A DNA stretch of 63,520 nt, filler included, from Octopus bimaculoides (Eukaryota): the NCBI RefSeq assembly GCF_001194135.2. It is 7 parts of 6 records of this genome, joined end to end, with 100 filler letters (N's around TTAATTAATTAA, not from the genome) between each part and the next. Parts side by side here need not be neighbours in the genome. Positions count along the whole stretch, not along the records: positions 62,363 to 63,520 come from NW_026337362.1; 6 more parts are not named here. One strand, 5' to 3'. The position numbers and the translations under genes were made by a program. Under the pieces are notes generated by a model. It had not been told where the DNA came from. It ran no database searches and was given only the letters and a program-made list of their open reading frames with translations. This document shows positions 63,493 to 63,520 of the stretch, piece after piece (position 1 is the first letter of the stretch; every line of letters starts with the position of its first letter).

Positions 63493-63520
63493 CATTCGTT
63501 TCGTAATCTTAACTGTTTAG

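Larger units (their letters stand above)
1..63520. repeat. Pervasive microsatellites: (CA)n, (TA)n, (GA)n, (TATG)n, (GATA)n e.g. 11550-11670, (TTC)n e.g. 9722-9800, (AAT)n, (CAT)n
   Basis: Read directly; nearly all N gaps are flanked by such tracts. Confidence 0.97.

Overview
Eukaryotic, AT-rich, gappy scaffold (roughly 9 kb of N by my count). It is most likely a coleoid cephalopod, probably Octopus, judging from the microsatellite load and the tRNA-SINE families; this is an inference. Only one host gene piece is supported: a 1039-bp first coding exon on the minus strand (16020-14982). It encodes an Hlx/H2.0-type homeobox protein N-terminus with two eh1-like motifs (FHIAEIL, LKFGINRIL), poly-Q/H and poly-S tracts, and a canonical phase-1 GTAAGT donor. 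No homeobox exon is visible, so it lies in N gaps or left of the window. Almost everything else is transposon debris: several tRNA-headed SINE families, LINE fragments (RTE, Dong/R4, CR1/L2, Tx1), Penelope-like elements (PLEs), Tc1/mariner relics, hAT MITEs and simple repeats. The best candidate for a little-described system is a tRNA-headed, hammerhead-ribozyme-bearing module. It occurs once as a free 306-bp insertion with a 16-bp TSD (19933-20238) and once as the 3' end of a GIY-YIG Penelope element (23361-24468). Further hammerhead remnants, TE rearrangements and a few TE-free islands with developmental TF motifs are also reported. All family assignments come from recalled motifs, not database searches.
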